Notes under the pieces: model-generated | What the model saw: the letters and a program-made list of their open reading frames with translations, nothing else | What the model was told of the DNA's origin: nothing | Database searches by the model: none | From: Macrostomum lignano | Taxonomy: Eukaryota | Reading direction: 5' to 3' | Length of the DNA stretch: 64,000 nucleotides | Assembly (NCBI GenBank): GCA_002269645.1 | Contig: NIVC01003798.1 | Location: 1 to 64,000, forward strand | Position numbers and translations under genes: made by a program | Shown here: positions 61,504 through 64,000 of the stretch, in pieces | Layout: each line of letters begins with the position of its first letter | Position numbering within the stretch: the first letter of the stretch is position 1

Positions 61504-62235
61504 ACAATTGATATCCTGGGCCCAACTTGAGATCCAACAGACTGAGGCAACAAGTATATCCTGACCTATGTTGACACAATATTGAAGTATCCCTTTGCCT
61601 TTGCCATGAAAAATCAGGGTGCCAAGACAATAATAACTCTAATGCAGAAACAAGTGTTTCCGATCAGTGGAATCCTTGCATGGATCCATTCCAATCAAGG
61701 AAAACAGTTTACAAGGCATAAGTTCCAACATTTTTGCAAAGTATACGGCATTTGACAGACTATAACACTGCTATATTAACCCTAGGCTAATAGACAAGTC
61801 GAGTTGTACAACAAAAACATCAAGAAGGTGCTCCCTTTTCTCCTTGAAGATTATCAGCAATGGGACAAGATGCTGCCAGCTGCTCTGACTGCACTAAGAT
61901 CAGTTGTCAACCATACTACTGGATTCTTGCTGCATTATGTTGTCTATGGAGGCTACCTAGATATATTGGCTGATCTCCTGGAGTAAATTGCCAAACATCA
62001 GCACAGACTGGCAAAGACTGAGCAAATTGTATAACAGTGACTGCAAGCTGAGATCTAGCACCGAGAACAGTACTATGAAAACCAACCAAAGCCCGCGGAA
62101 CTGCAGCCCAGAGACCTAGTCTGCCTGGCCAACCCAAAGCTCGAATTGGGCAAGCTGCCCAAATTCTACCGGCTATACAAGAGTATATACAAGGTTATGA
62201 GGAAAGTTGGCAAAGTGGCATACTGGATCAAGTTT
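61504..62235 (+). pseudogene. Decayed Gypsy integrase
   Basis: One frame reads IDILGP..GNKYILTYVD..KYPFAFAMKNQ..IHSNQG.QF..Y*P*ANRQVELYN..WDKMLP..TTGF..VYG with 5 stops. A later GPY/F-like stretch reads KLPKFYRLYKSIYKV. Confidence 0.9.
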
Positions 62236-64000
62236 GTAATAGCCCAATTAGGATGCCTAGCTAAGATGTTGGTATATCGAAACATTATCAAGGTGCCGCA
62301 GATGATGGCAAACTGACTACAGGAGCCACTGCACTAGACTGAGTGGCCAATGCTGCTCTATGAGTTGAGTGATGACAACAAAGCTGACCCTGCCAATCAG
62401 CCCGCTTCAAAACAGCCAGCTGCAGCTCAGCCTGACCTGCAAGGCAGTCAGCTGTTTGAGCCAAGCTTGTGCTATCTAGAAGTGCTTGCAAAAGGCAATG
62501 GTTTTGGGTAAACAGTAGAAGTAATTATGACTGTCTTATTAGGCCTAAATGCCTCAGCATCTAATTAGTACTACGTCCATATTCTTTGGGATGGCATTTT
62601 TGCGATTTACCCCTGGTCCACCATAATTTACAGTGGCCAGATTGGCCAGCAGTTGCGCATGTATGCCGCCATCAGGGGGGGGCTTTGACAAATCTGTTGT
62701 CATTGCCTATCCTTGGTCTGTCTATTCCATTGGTCTCCTTGTTCTTGTGTCTGTCCCCACTATTGACCCGTTCAATGTTTTATTTTGTTTTACTTACTTT
62801 TTTTGCATTGGTACCTACATTGACCTATCTCATAGCCTCCCACTCTGCCTGTTGCCCTGCTGGTTGCCCTATTCCCCACCTCACTGTTTGTCCTATACGT
62901 CACTAATTTTGTTGTCAATACTTATGGCCAGACTGGCTGCATTAAATGCATCCTCTTGTCCTCTTGTTTCCTTTTGATTGCTCATTTGCTACTCCTTTTC
63001 TACTTTTTGCTCCATTACTTAATTACCATTAGTTTATTTAGCACCTTGGCACAGCTGGAACAATCTTGCTTGTTTGTCATAACAATAATATTGGTTGGCT
63101 TACTTTAATAACTAATAAACCCTAACTCATTATTTATTTAAATTAAATAATCAAAGCCCTATTAGTTTATCTTGAGTCATTTGCCTACGAGGCAAATTTA
63201 TCTCAATTCCAAACAAGCTTTGAGATCTCTATGTTTCATAATACAAAATTACAGTGGCAAAGCTACTTTACTGAAAGTAATCAGTTAAGCAAATTGGCAA
63301 AAATTAAAATTTTACTGTGTTAAGACCTTGGTATCTACTATCTAAATGACTGTGCCTGCTAAAGACTGCTCAACTGTGATTATGACTACCCTTCCCTTAG
63401 AATTGAGGATCTGGCAGATAGAATGTCTATAGAGAAAATCCACCCGAACAATTCCATGAAAATTTCCAGCTTTACGAGTGCCAAGTTAAGGATGGCAGCA
63501 ATTAAAAGGTTAATATTTTTTGAAAATCAGCCAACCACTGCCCTAAAGTGCTTTTTTCTCTACTCCCACCTTATTATATAGATTAAAAAAGTGTATTAAA
63601 AATAGCATTATAAAGAAAAAAGAGAAAAACAATGAAAAAATATAGGTATTTTATTTGATCTTCTTATCTACTAAGAGCAATTGCAAGGTTAAAGACAATA
63701 AGTAAAAATGCATATAAGTACTACTATTGCTTTCTTAGAAAATACTGATTACAAAAAAAATTATTTATAAAAAGTTTATTTCAAAGATTTATTTAGCATC
63801 TTTATTTCCTAAACATGGATATTTTAGAGCCAAATAAAAGAGTAATTCTTTAAAGATTTTCATTTTGGGGAGAATGGTCCAAGTTTGGGGGCCAACATGA
63901 GTATAAAGTGCACCAAGCTAGGGGTGCAAAAATTATATAGAGAGTGCAAAAAATCAAGCTTAGAGATGCAAAAAATGCATGTAGGGTGAAAAGTCAAGCT

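Larger units (their letters stand above)
57825..63573 (+). mobile_element. Ancient, decayed Ty3/Gypsy LTR retrotransposon
   Basis: Diverged direct repeats 57825-58812 and 62686-63573, both starting TGACAAA. PBS-like TGGTGTCAG(CT)AAGTGGGATT at 58814-58834 (tRNA-Leu CAA 3' end with a 2-nt insertion). PPT A-G8 at 62674-62682. Integrase remnant present; RT not recognisable. Confidence 0.82.

Overview
This is an animal (invertebrate) genomic window, not prokaryotic. Spliced GT-AG genes, Ala/Ser-rich low-complexity coding and dense (GACA)n/(GATA)n and minisatellite arrays suggest a flatworm such as Macrostomum (inference). Left to right: (1) a near-intact Ty3/Gypsy LTR retrotransposon (minus strand, running off the left edge), inserted in an intron of plakin-domain gene A; (2) a tRNA-derived SINE, an internally deleted mariner and a LINE RNase H fragment; (3) plakin-domain gene B (minus), whose eight plakin exons splice in phase into a ~9.8-kb terminal exon built from ~46 mixed 57-aa/46-aa repeats plus nine 23-aa repeats; (4) an intronless nucleoplasmin-like gene and a 3-exon syntrophin (both plus); (5) a 10-exon SCAPER (minus) with a different tandem repeat in every intron; (6) an old, CpG-decayed Gypsy element with a nested MITE. 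Top leads: the plakin-plus-giant-repeat protein, whose repeats each carry an nNOS-type LC8/DYNLL motif; a minisatellite apparently born from the first 15 nt of a SINE; and intronic minisatellites whose units contain splice-site cassettes. All homology calls come from motif recognition by eye; no database searches were run.
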